In this document: piece after piece, positions 45,412 to 54,741 of the stretch
How the letters are laid out: every line of letters starts with the position of its first letter
Numbering within the stretch: position 1 is the stretch's first letter
From: a virus
DNA: 64,000 nt
Direction: 5' to 3' (one strand)
IMG/VR virus record: IMGVR_UViG_3300043777_000086
Span: 1-64,000 of that record
Notes under the pieces: generated by a model
Database searches by the model: none
What the model saw: the letters and a program-made list of their open reading frames with translations, nothing else
What the model was told of the DNA's origin: nothing
Position numbers and translations under genes: made by a program

Positions 45412-46327
45412 GTCGCATCACCTCCTCTGCTTTTGCCTGATCCTCTGGATGATGCTCTAGCCAATGTCTTAGGCGGTGACAGACAACGCACAGCATGTCA
45501 CATTTAACGACTTCTGCCTGGTAATCTTCACGTGTCAAACACTGAGATAAACACCTAACCTTGTCTTGCGGATCCCGATGGTCAAAGTCGAACACCGCCG
45601 GAATCGTTGAATGTAGGCCACAGGACTGGCAACGGTCATGCCTGGACTCCATAGCCGCTCGCTTCCACTGCTCTCTTTGTATTTGATTGGCGGTCTTCTT
45701 GCGTGGGGCTATATTCCGTTTACGTTGCTCGCGTAACTCATTTCTAACCTGCTGTTTAGATCTGAGGCGACATTTCATACATACTGAATTGCAAGTCTTC
45801 ACTCGATCACACCGAGAGCACAAATGACATTTACGCTGTCTCAGCTTGTCGAATTCACCTCTACACGATTCGCATAAGCGAGCGCGGTATTCCTCAGGGG
45901 TGGTGTATACCACAACGCGGCAGAGTGAGCACAATGGCGGAAGTCTGTATTTAAATTTATGGAGATCAGCGAAGCAATCGGAGCAAAACCTTCTTCGGTA
46001 CTGTACGCCCTTGAATGTAGCTACCGGAAATTGATCGATGGGTTTTACTGTAGCGCACTTTATGCATTGCCCTTCTGTAGCTCCGGTATCCCAGCGCCTT
46101 CGGCGTGGAGCGGCAGGTTTTTCTCCTACGCTAATTCTGTACCTCTCATGCTTATATTTACTTTCGCAGGAGCGACACATTCTTCTACGATTGCCAGATC
46201 TACTGGCCAATGCAAAGTTTTCAATTGGTTGGCGTTGGCCGCATTTTAAGCAGGAAAACTCCAGCAATCCGGTATCCCAACGACTTCCACGGCGCTTAGA
46301 GTAATCGTGTTGGGCGGTAGCTTGCAT
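45395..46327 (-). CDS. multi-Zn-finger HNH endonuclease
   Basis: Duplicated RWDTG-CxxC modules; CQSCG..DFDHRDP..KCDMLCVVCHRLRH. Confidence 0.8.
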   Translation of the reverse strand: MQATAQHDYSKRRGSRWDTGLLEFSCLKCGQRQPIENFALASRSGNRRRMCRSCESKYKHERYRISVGEKPAAPRRRRWDTGATEGQCIKCATVKPIDQFPVATFKGVQYRRRFCSDCFADLHKFKYRLPPLCSLCRVVVYTTPEEYRARLCESCRGEFDKLRQRKCHLCSRCDRVKTCNSVCMKCRLRSKQQVRNELREQRKRNIAPRKKTANQIQREQWKRAAMESRHDRCQSCGLHSTIPAVFDFDHRDPQDKVRCLSQCLTREDYQAEVVKCDMLCVVCHRLRHWLEHHPEDQAKAEEVMRRVVTK

Positions 46328-46999
46328 CTAAACCTCCACGAGATCCTCTGCGTGAATCATGTTCTTTGCGAGCCCCCACTGCTCCCTTGTCATCACGGCA
46401 GATTGGTAGTCGCAGGGCTCGATAGTGCCGTCCTCCTTCATCCAGGGTCCGTACACCGGCAACACTCCGACCACCTGGAATCCCACGCGCTCCGCAAACC
46501 GGCAGGCCATTTTATTGGGCTTCGGTGTGGTGCCGTACAGGACTTGTAGGTTCAGGGTCCTGAATCCCCAGTCGATCATCATCTCGGCGAACTGGTACGG
46601 CAGCATCGTGCGATGAGCGAAAGGTAGGAACGCAAATCCAACTTCAGCTTTGAATCGCGGCTGCTCCTTGATGTTCCCGAGGAATGTGATCGTGGCGATC
46701 GTCCCGAACCCAGCGATATCCAACTTCTCTCCGTTCTGGATCAGGCACCCGATTACCACATTCCTTGGGCTGCCGTCAGCGTTCGCATCCGTGGCCCAGT
46801 CAAGTAGCCAGCGCAACGTCGGGACGTGGCCGGGCCACACGATATGCAAGAGCTTGGCGGTGCTCAGGGCGATCCAGATCCGCGCCATCATGATCTCGGA
46901 AACGGCGCTCTTATCCATTCTCAGGATGTGCAGGATCGTCCCGTCTTCGAGCTTCTTAGAATCCGTCCAGTTCCAACCGTTTGCGTCAGCCATTGGCAT
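46328..46999 (-). CDS. GNAT-fold protein of the podovirus tail/ejection cluster
   Basis: EVGFAF..LYGTTPKPNKMACRFAERVGF. Confidence 0.75.
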   Translation of the reverse strand: MPMADANGWNWTDSKKLEDGTILHILRMDKSAVSEIMMARIWIALSTAKLLHIVWPGHVPTLRWLLDWATDANADGSPRNVVIGCLIQNGEKLDIAGFGTIATITFLGNIKEQPRFKAEVGFAFLPFAHRTMLPYQFAEMMIDWGFRTLNLQVLYGTTPKPNKMACRFAERVGFQVVGVLPVYGPWMKEDGTIEPCDYQSAVMTREQWGLAKNMIHAEDLVEV

Positions 47000-47010
47000 T
47001 ATGATACCCC

Positions 47011-47039
47011 TTGACGATGACGGTATACTCGTCCACAAT
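47011..47039 (+). promoter_or_regulatory. putative sigma70 promoter, possibly leaderless transcript
   Basis: TTGACG-17-CACAAT, 8 nt before ATG 47048, no RBS. Confidence 0.5.
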
Positions 47040-47047
47040 TATTAGAT

Positions 47048-47707
47048 ATGACCCCCATCCGTCGCGCCCTCGCTGCTATCTCCCGCTTTGTCCGAGTTCG
47101 GATCTTTAGGCGTCCGGAACCTCCGATCGTAGAGCGGCCACCTGACGGCGCGATCGTATTCCCAGAGCTTCCCTCAAGTAGAGCGCTTGAAGAGTATGGA
47201 TCCGGAACTCAGGCGGTGGCTATCAGCACACTTCCTCGGCCGCCGATATCTGACCTCATTCCGCTTAGGCCGGCGTCCTGTCTCTATGAGGTCACCTTCC
47301 AGCCACGGCCGTACTGGCTATTCGACTCGATCCACCTAACGGCTATCTGCGGGTCCGCGCTGCGGGTGATCGCGTTCCATGAGGACGTTTCGCACTGCAT
47401 CTTCCAGGTGACCGTCACTCCGATCCCGATGCAGCTCGACCACGCGATGCTATTGGGGTTGCATCGCGCGCGGGCAGAGGCGCCAGTCACGCTACGGATT
47501 GAGAGCCGGGTTACGTTTGAGGTCTACGAACTCCGCGCCACCTACCTGCGACCGGACTTCCGGCGCGAGCAGGCTTCGGACGGGACGATGATGCTGGTGT
47601 TCAACGACCCGTTCTACAAACCGATAGCCGAATCCGAATTCGGATTACTTCCCTCAGCGCCGCACCACCGCAAGATCTACGGACCCGGCGCGGACGTGGG
47701 GTACTAG
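47048..47707 (+). CDS. antisense-oriented hypothetical protein with a nozzle-repeat-like beta-sandwich
   Basis: Fills an otherwise empty gap; has its own promoter. Confidence 0.7.
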   Translation: MTPIRRALAAISRFVRVRIFRRPEPPIVERPPDGAIVFPELPSSRALEEYGSGTQAVAISTLPRPPISDLIPLRPASCLYEVTFQPRPYWLFDSIHLTAICGSALRVIAFHEDVSHCIFQVTVTPIPMQLDHAMLLGLHRARAEAPVTLRIESRVTFEVYELRATYLRPDFRREQASDGTMMLVFNDPFYKPIAESEFGLLPSAPHHRKIYGPGADVGY

Positions 47708-48021
47708 GGCTTAGTGACAGCCGGCGGGACTGTAGGGCAATTCCAGGTCTTGTCTTTGTTGACATGACATCCGGGACCGGCCCCATATTCCTTTATGAGC
47801 GTATTCTCGTAATCGACCCAGATCTTTTCTTCTTTTTGAGCCTCTTCGCGAGCCGCCACAAGGCGCAACTGGGCCTGCTGAAGCTCTAACTCCGCGCTCT
47901 GTACCGCCAGCATCTTCCTGGAGATTTCCTCATAGCGCTTCTCTGGGATAGGCGTAGGGGTGGTCGTAGGGGCAGCCTTATCATCCAGAAACATACAGAT
48001 CGCCGCAACGAATAAAATCAC
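47704..48021 (-). CDS. coiled-coil protein with hydrophobic N-terminus (fibre chaperone-like)
   Basis: GAGGT RBS; follows the fibre gene. Confidence 0.65.
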   Translation of the reverse strand: MILFVAAICMFLDDKAAPTTTPTPIPEKRYEEISRKMLAVQSAELELQQAQLRLVAAREEAQKEEKIWVDYENTLIKEYGAGPGCHVNKDKTWNCPTVPPAVTKP

Positions 48022-48031
48022 TAGGTCACCT

Positions 48032-49417
48032 CTAGCAATGCGTTATGATTCCGTCAGAGCTTGCGAACAAGGAGGTCGGGGTTCCTGTACAGGTAACTCC
48101 CGCTACTCCGCCGATTGTCATCCCCGTGGGCGTGAAGTTCCAGATTAGGGACCCAAACCCAGAGGTGTAAACCTGTAAGGCAATTGTGGATTGCGTACCA
48201 TTAGGCCCCATGTCCGCGATAGCAGCGCCGGAACCATTGAATATTTCCACCGCCCCTCCCGACCCTGAGAAACTTATCTCTACCTGGTTGGTGCCCGCAT
48301 TCTGCATGAAAATTCCGGTGGAGTTCGCAACCACCATATTCTGACCGGATGAGTTATTCAGGATCAACTGTCCCGCGCCCGCTCCACTAGGGGTAATAGA
48401 AGCTAGTTCGATACTAAATCCTGAATTCCACAACTCTAGGTCGGTGCTGGATTGAACTCCGGTAGAGGCACCCATAGATGACTTAGCCGCCCCAGTGTTG
48501 TCGAAAACTATTAATCGACCTCCCACGCCGGCTGTGAATGTGCCTTCGATCTGATTTACGCTGGTGTTTTGAACAAAGAATCCAGAGGAGTTAGCTATAA
48601 ACGTATTACTTGCTACGTCTAAATCCACAGCTACATCGAGCTGATGAGCCGGGTTAGTGGTTCCAATTCCCACGAGACCTCCGGAGGTGATCCTCATCTT
48701 CTCGATGTTATTACCACCACTCAGGGCAGTAGCGAAGATAAGAGTTCCAGAATAGTCTCCCGCTATAGAGTTCTCCTTATACCCCCAAATTTCGGCGGAA
48801 TCCGCAAACGACCCGGTGCCTACGTAATCAAACCCGAGAGAGATATGCCCACCAATTCCAGTCGCATGAGTTGAGGAACTATCCCGGATGACTGCCTGGC
48901 CGATGTTGGCAGAGCTTATACCCTGTACAGTTAGAACACCTATGGGGGCTACTCCGATTCCCACCTTACCGCCGAAGAAGTCGAAATTAAAGGCATTGGT
49001 ATTGAATGTCATATCGCCGGCGTTTGAATCATCTATAGACCACACAGTACCGCCAGTGGGATTCTCTAGGCGAATTCCATTCGACGCATTCAGAACATTA
49101 TCCTGTAAGACCAACCCAGGTTCCGTGGGACCCGGAGAAAGAACAATGACCGAAGACAGGTGAGCGCCGCTTACATTTCCAGGACTCAGTACGATCGATC
49201 CATTACTGGACGAACGACCGGTGATTACTGAGGCGTTATTGCCGGATATCCCAAGGTCCATATAGGTTGCGCAGGAAGGGGTCTCATCACAGATCCGCAA
49301 TTCTCCAGGGGCTGGCCCAGTCGGAACGGCTAGGATTTTTACCGGAGAGGATAGGCTTATCTGTGCGTGAGCGCACGAAGCCAGCGCTAGAATGGAAAGA
49401 ACTAATGCGTATATCAT
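48032..49417 (-). CDS. tail-fibre-like protein with signal peptide
   Basis: MIYALVLSILALASCAHA-Q; GKVGIG and EKMRITSGGLVGIGTTNP fibre motifs. Confidence 0.8.
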   Translation of the reverse strand: MIYALVLSILALASCAHAQISLSSPVKILAVPTGPAPGELRICDETPSCATYMDLGISGNNASVITGRSSSNGSIVLSPGNVSGAHLSSVIVLSPGPTEPGLVLQDNVLNASNGIRLENPTGGTVWSIDDSNAGDMTFNTNAFNFDFFGGKVGIGVAPIGVLTVQGISSANIGQAVIRDSSSTHATGIGGHISLGFDYVGTGSFADSAEIWGYKENSIAGDYSGTLIFATALSGGNNIEKMRITSGGLVGIGTTNPAHQLDVAVDLDVASNTFIANSSGFFVQNTSVNQIEGTFTAGVGGRLIVFDNTGAAKSSMGASTGVQSSTDLELWNSGFSIELASITPSGAGAGQLILNNSSGQNMVVANSTGIFMQNAGTNQVEISFSGSGGAVEIFNGSGAAIADMGPNGTQSTIALQVYTSGFGSLIWNFTPTGMTIGGVAGVTCTGTPTSLFASSDGIITHC

Positions 49418-49424
49418 AAAACCC

Positions 49425-50033
49425 CTACACTCCTAATTGAGTTGCAAACTTCCACCAGTTTCCATCTGACCGTCCGACGAACAAGTAAAAGTTCTTTTGG
49501 TTTGCGGCATTCCCTATGTCATTAACTGACGTGTTTTTTAGATGTGAATCCCAGGTAATCTGATCCCCGTCAGTTCCGTCACAGGTTAGCACAATGAGAA
49601 GTAGGGCGGCGACCGTTGGGGAGATAGACGCTACGATGTTCGTGGTCGAGCTATGAGATAGTGCAATCTCCTGGAGGGTAAGACTGCCGCTACCGCCACC
49701 TCCTCCGCCGCCACTGCCGCCACTGGGAAAAGGCACTGGATTCTGGCTGAGCGCTGTATTTACCAACTGATTACTCGATCCGAACAGCTTCTGTGCGGCG
49801 ATAAGCGTCAGTAGCGCAAGCGGGTTGGTCGGGACCGAATCGTCCTCGGAGAAGAAATCCGGAGCCGTCACGGTATTCCCAAGGGTGATCGGGCCTGTAC
49901 CGCCCTGTACCGATGCGATCTGCTGCGCCAGGAAGTTCAGAACGTAGTTTAACTGGAATAGTTCAGGATCTTGAAGGTCTTGCGGCGTGATCCGTATATT
50001 GACGCCCTGCTGCTCTACGGTGGGCATCTTCAA
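49425..50033 (-). CDS. tail-associated adaptor or short fibre
   Basis: Downstream of the nozzle gene; poly-Gly hinge; C-terminal beta domain. Confidence 0.6.
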   Translation of the reverse strand: MKMPTVEQQGVNIRITPQDLQDPELFQLNYVLNFLAQQIASVQGGTGPITLGNTVTAPDFFSEDDSVPTNPLALLTLIAAQKLFGSSNQLVNTALSQNPVPFPSGGSGGGGGGGSGSLTLQEIALSHSSTTNIVASISPTVAALLLIVLTCDGTDGDQITWDSHLKNTSVNDIGNAANQKNFYLFVGRSDGNWWKFATQLGV

Positions 50034-53000
50034 TTCACCTGCGGCTGCGTCAACTCAGACCACTTGAATTCCGCATACGATGCACGCTGCTGCCCTGAGA
50101 GCGGCAAGGACTCGACTCGGCTACTATCGGCGTAGATCTTAAACGGCGTGACCCCGTCGATCGAGGTCACCACGATCCGGTATACCTTGCTCTTGTTGTA
50201 CTGACCGTTCGCTTGATCCGGAAGGAAGAACCGTTCAATGTCCCGGTCGGCGTGCGCCGGTAGCTCCACCTGATAGAAAAGCGCATCGCCAGCCACGTAC
50301 ACAGAAACCACGATTGCCGCCGCGCATAGATACTCCACCCACATCTGCCGGATCACCTTGAAGCCGACGTAGCCAAGGGTGTTCTCGTAAAGGTCTAGGA
50401 TCGTGCGGTAGCACGGCTCATTCCAGACGTCGTAGGTGACCTTGAAGATCTGAGCTTTCCCTCCGGAGCCTGGAGTTGGTATCATCCGTGCGAGGCGCCC
50501 GATCAGGTTTGAGTTGCAGGTCAGAATCCTAACTCGATCCACGTCGGTGGTTGTGATTGTCCAGGTCTGGACAATTGACCCATCCAGTTCTAGTTGGAGC
50601 TGGCAGGCTACCCCGCCCGTATCGATATCCACTTCGATCCCGCGCCAAACCTTCTCGCACTTCCATCCATTATCGGACCACTCGGTTGCCGGTACGATGT
50701 CGGGCGGATAGTCGATCTTGGTAAAGGTGTACTTCCATACGCGCAGTGAAACGGTGGTCGATTGCGGGTAGATCCGAACCATCTTTACGATCGTGTCGAT
50801 TGTGATCGAGAACGACTGCTTGCAGCGCCCGGTTCCAGATAACACGAAGGATTGTACGGCCGTATTCAATGTGCTGCCCTGCACTCCGGTGACGGTATCC
50901 ATTAGCATAGTGGTCGTGGTGCCCCCGGTATCGTACTCAAACGAGACTGTTATGAGGCGCTTGTCGAACGGACTCCCGAGATCGTCGTAATCAAACGAGT
51001 GGTCGACCGCGGCCTTATCGGCAGGCATCGTCACGAAACTCGCCCCCCACAACTGGAACATGCCGTTCGTGGGGACCGTGCCCAGTAGAATCCGCGCCTT
51101 GCGCCCCATGATATCCGGATTGAGGGTGATCGTCACGTCGCGGGTATTTAGGGTTGCGGTGACGGTAACGGTTTGTACGATTGTGCCGTCGACCTCGATC
51201 TTGACGGGAATTGCGATGCCATTGGTATTCACATCCAAAACGAGCTGTTGGAAGTATTTCTCGAACGGAGATTTGCTATCGTCGTACTCCGTGAAGTTTA
51301 CGATGTCCGGTGGGTAGTTCTCGGCCTTGATCTGATAACCGAAGATCTCGAAGTTTGTGGTGGTTGTCTGGGCGCGCAAGCGCAACTTCTTGGCGATGAT
51401 CCCGTCTATGATCGCAAACTCTTGCTGTGACCGATCCGCGCCGGAGATCTGGAGCGTTTGGACTGCGAGTGTCTGTGTGTTCCCTCCAACGCCTCCGATT
51501 ATGTCCAAGAACAAGTCGATCGCCTGCCCGTACGTATTGTAGTCTAGGGTGATCGCGTAGATTCTCTTATCCCAAGGGTGTCCGTTGTCCTGCCAATCCG
51601 TGATCCGGCCTCGCTGAAGTTCAGCGAGGGGGATGTAGGTCATCTGAACAGAAAAGATCTGGACTATTCCGATTGAGCTGCCAGTGAACTGAATAGCAAA
51701 AACTCGGGCCTCTTTACCAAATACAGTTCCGCCCGACACGCCAAGCTGCAACGGTACGAAGCGTCGGTTAGTAGTCGCAGTCAGGGTGAATTGATCTACC
51801 GGATCGAGAGTCCCGGAGTAATCGTAAAATAAGCCAACCGTGACCGTGTCATGGGGGTTGCTTAATTCAACCAGCAGCTCCACGTATTGCTTATTGAGGG
51901 CTCGTCCCTCCGGGGCCATAATCCCAGTTGTGCCGCTCCATACGATCGGATTTCCGCTATTCGGGGCACCCGTGTAATGATCCGAGGTTCCCATCTCAAG
52001 CAGATGAAGCTCGGAGGTTCCGGGACCGTTTAGGAAGATTGCTCCAACGAGGCGCCCGGTGTCCTTCTCAACCATCATGGATGTTAACGCACCCTGCGCG
52101 GCCACGCTTGTGTAGACCACCGGCTCCCAGCGTTTGTAGATCAGGCTGTAGCGGAGTTGATTGATCAGATTCGACGTGTCCCGGTAGCTTAGGTACACGT
52201 AGTTATCGAATGATTGAATGAATATCTGATCCAGTTGAGTGAAGTCGATCGGATTGAGCCCCTCCGCCCCTATGCCTACGAAAATAAGGTCAAGATCCTC
52301 AGTGACCTTAACGCACCCGCCGCCGGCCCAGGCGTAGATGCCGTCGTAGGAAACGAACCAGATCTGATTGTTGACCTTGCACCACAGGTGCTTTCCGATC
52401 ATCCCGCGGTCTGCTGGCGTCTCGGTGATGTTCAGGAACTGACCGAGCCAGATCTGGAAGATGAAGATTGATTTCAGATTGAGCGAGACGTATCCGCCGC
52501 CGTAGTCCAACAGACCCATGATCGGGTTGTCGGGGCTACCGATGATCTGCTGGTGGGAATTCCCGGTCTCCAGATTTATGATCGGCCACTCTCCGGGATA
52601 TCCGGCCTTGGACCGGTAGCAGATATGCGGGTTGTTGACGTCACCGGCGAGTAGTAGGCTGTTTCCTGCCTGGCACACAATATCGCAAGGCTGCCCGATT
52701 CTTACGCCGCAGGTGAGGGTCTCGCCCACGAAGTGTTGATTCTGGAGCCACACCTGCACGAACCCAAGTCCGACCGAGAATACATTGGCGATCTCCTGAT
52801 TGGATCCGGATCCGATCGTAAGCTGGGATCCGACCGTGAAATATAGGTGTGCGGATCCACCGATGTCTACCGAGTAAAGATTCGGATACGGATTGGATCC
52901 TCCGACAGGAGTCGGGGCTATCCCTAGCGTGGTGTTTAATGGCGTCGGCAGAGAACTCGCTACGGGTGGGTAATTGTCCACCTCAAGCTCGTCGTTACCG

Positions 53001-54700
53001 GCAATTAGCAGATCCGGGAAATTATCCACAAAGGTGGCGGTGAGCGGGAACCCATTGGAGTCCACACCCGGATTAGTGGAATACCCCAGGAACCTGAAGA
53101 GTCCGTCTGCGAACGTGCCTCCAGCGCGATACACAGCGATCGACCCGAATCCCGTTAGCGCAGGATTCCCGGTGGCACTATTATCGAAACCGTAGACTGT
53201 TACCTGTACAGCCCTGAGCTGCACGGTCACCATGTTCTGGGTGGCCATGTATGGGCAGGGGTTACCCATCTCGCCGGTCACTGGATTGCGGAGGATGTAC
53301 ACGTATTGATACGGCAATGCCGCCGCATCGGTGACATTGTCAGGCCCCTGCGCGCCATGTGCGTAGATCGCTCCGACTTCTACTGAGAACGCCGGCGAAC
53401 CCGTCACGGTCGCCGAGAGCGCCCACACCTGCACCCCGGTAACCTGCTTCCAGGAAAACGGACCATTCCCGGCGTTGCCCACCGGCAGGAAGTCGCTCTT
53501 GGCGATGTCGAACTCCATCCATACCGGGGCGGCCTGCGGGGCGATCTGGATAGGCTCCAACTGAGATCCGAACTCGGACGGGAAGATAACGTTTCCGATT
53601 GATCCGGCGGTGATCGCCGCCGCCACGGCCGCCTGGATCTGGGCTGCCAGGGTGGCGTTGTTGACGTAGGTCTGCACCGAGGAGGGCGCCACAGCCTTCA
53701 GGTAGTAGTCTGTATGCGAGCCGTTCACCAAAACCTGGATGTTGAGCTGCGTGATGTATGCCGGGTTTGAAACCCAAAGTCCGATATGCACCAGGTCGTC
53801 GCTCGAGTAACCGTCGTCGGGGCTCCCGGTAAACGACCAATCGACGCTGTTGTCCCACTCTCCGTAGTAGTTACTTCCGTTGGCGGTGAGCGTCGGAGCG
53901 GATCCGCCGGTCGAGGTCAGGTTTACAAGTTGGTAATACGAAACGATGGATCCGGTTGGAATGACTGTAGAGTACACATTAAAGGTGGTGGCGGTGATCG
54001 TGTCAACGAGCCCAAGCACCCCGTTCATGTACAGGTACATGCCGCTCAGGATTCCGTTCATGGACGACGGCGTAACCTGAAAGTAGTCCTGGCTGATCTG
54101 TGTCGCGCTTGTGACGGTCGGAGATCCGCTGAGCCGGTTAGACCCTCCGATCTGCGTCGTGAGGATCACGTATCCGGGATTCCCTGGCAGGGCTGGGTTT
54201 GTTGGCGTAGCCGTCGCCGGGAATAGCGCGGCCGTGATTCCCCATGGATAGAGTTGGGTGAATGTTCCGTTATCCCACCGCATAGCAGTGGCCTGAGCAA
54301 AGAAGATGTACGGGGTGCCTGATGTCCCTGAGTTAAACGTAGCCGACTCCCAACGCGAGGTCGGTAGTGATGAAGGAGCTAGGAAGGTGGTGGCGTATGT
54401 GTTCACGGTTGTGAACGTCGTGTACGGCCCCGTGCAGCGCCTCATCAAGGAGCCATCCCCGCAGTAGCGTGGATCAGTGGCGTCGTTGCCAAGGGAGAGC
54501 TTGGCAAGCGAGTGGATCACACCCAGAGGCGTATTGGCCGTGAACATCTGGGATCCCCGGCGCGGCCCGATAGCCCCCTCTTGTAAGCTAGTCAGGTTTA
54601 TGGTCGAGGAAAAAGCGCCCTCGGGCAGCAGGGCCGGCTCTTGCTTGAGGTTGACCCCTTTGAAGATTAAGGGGAAAGCCTTGTTTTTGGTCTCGGCCAT
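50030..54700 (-). CDS. tail nozzle / tubular protein B-like (stabilisation protein) with repeated C-terminal beta-sandwiches
   Basis: FKGVN..GAIGPRRG N-terminus, propeller-like region (WFVSYDGIYAW), upstream of GNAT and ejection genes. Confidence 0.7.
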   Translation of the reverse strand: MAETKNKAFPLIFKGVNLKQEPALLPEGAFSSTINLTSLQEGAIGPRRGSQMFTANTPLGVIHSLAKLSLGNDATDPRYCGDGSLMRRCTGPYTTFTTVNTYATTFLAPSSLPTSRWESATFNSGTSGTPYIFFAQATAMRWDNGTFTQLYPWGITAALFPATATPTNPALPGNPGYVILTTQIGGSNRLSGSPTVTSATQISQDYFQVTPSSMNGILSGMYLYMNGVLGLVDTITATTFNVYSTVIPTGSIVSYYQLVNLTSTGGSAPTLTANGSNYYGEWDNSVDWSFTGSPDDGYSSDDLVHIGLWVSNPAYITQLNIQVLVNGSHTDYYLKAVAPSSVQTYVNNATLAAQIQAAVAAAITAGSIGNVIFPSEFGSQLEPIQIAPQAAPVWMEFDIAKSDFLPVGNAGNGPFSWKQVTGVQVWALSATVTGSPAFSVEVGAIYAHGAQGPDNVTDAAALPYQYVYILRNPVTGEMGNPCPYMATQNMVTVQLRAVQVTVYGFDNSATGNPALTGFGSIAVYRAGGTFADGLFRFLGYSTNPGVDSNGFPLTATFVDNFPDLLIAGNDELEVDNYPPVASSLPTPLNTTLGIAPTPVGGSNPYPNLYSVDIGGSAHLYFTVGSQLTIGSGSNQEIANVFSVGLGFVQVWLQNQHFVGETLTCGVRIGQPCDIVCQAGNSLLLAGDVNNPHICYRSKAGYPGEWPIINLETGNSHQQIIGSPDNPIMGLLDYGGGYVSLNLKSIFIFQIWLGQFLNITETPADRGMIGKHLWCKVNNQIWFVSYDGIYAWAGGGCVKVTEDLDLIFVGIGAEGLNPIDFTQLDQIFIQSFDNYVYLSYRDTSNLINQLRYSLIYKRWEPVVYTSVAAQGALTSMMVEKDTGRLVGAIFLNGPGTSELHLLEMGTSDHYTGAPNSGNPIVWSGTTGIMAPEGRALNKQYVELLVELSNPHDTVTVGLFYDYSGTLDPVDQFTLTATTNRRFVPLQLGVSGGTVFGKEARVFAIQFTGSSIGIVQIFSVQMTYIPLAELQRGRITDWQDNGHPWDKRIYAITLDYNTYGQAIDLFLDIIGGVGGNTQTLAVQTLQISGADRSQQEFAIIDGIIAKKLRLRAQTTTTNFEIFGYQIKAENYPPDIVNFTEYDDSKSPFEKYFQQLVLDVNTNGIAIPVKIEVDGTIVQTVTVTATLNTRDVTITLNPDIMGRKARILLGTVPTNGMFQLWGASFVTMPADKAAVDHSFDYDDLGSPFDKRLITVSFEYDTGGTTTTMLMDTVTGVQGSTLNTAVQSFVLSGTGRCKQSFSITIDTIVKMVRIYPQSTTVSLRVWKYTFTKIDYPPDIVPATEWSDNGWKCEKVWRGIEVDIDTGGVACQLQLELDGSIVQTWTITTTDVDRVRILTCNSNLIGRLARMIPTPGSGGKAQIFKVTYDVWNEPCYRTILDLYENTLGYVGFKVIRQMWVEYLCAAAIVVSVYVAGDALFYQVELPAHADRDIERFFLPDQANGQYNKSKVYRIVVTSIDGVTPFKIYADSSRVESLPLSGQQRASYAEFKWSELTQPQVN

Positions 54701-54741
54701 TCCTTATAGTGTACCCCTCGGAATAAGGGACAATAATCCTA

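Larger units (their letters stand above)
4149..53579. repeat. dispersed palindrome (R)TCCGA-NN-TCGGA(Y), 14 copies
   Basis: Core starts at 4150, 4875, 9501, 10368, 17076, 22077, 24080, 24644, 26577, 27134, 41542, 47091, 47633, 53567. Confidence 0.9.
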
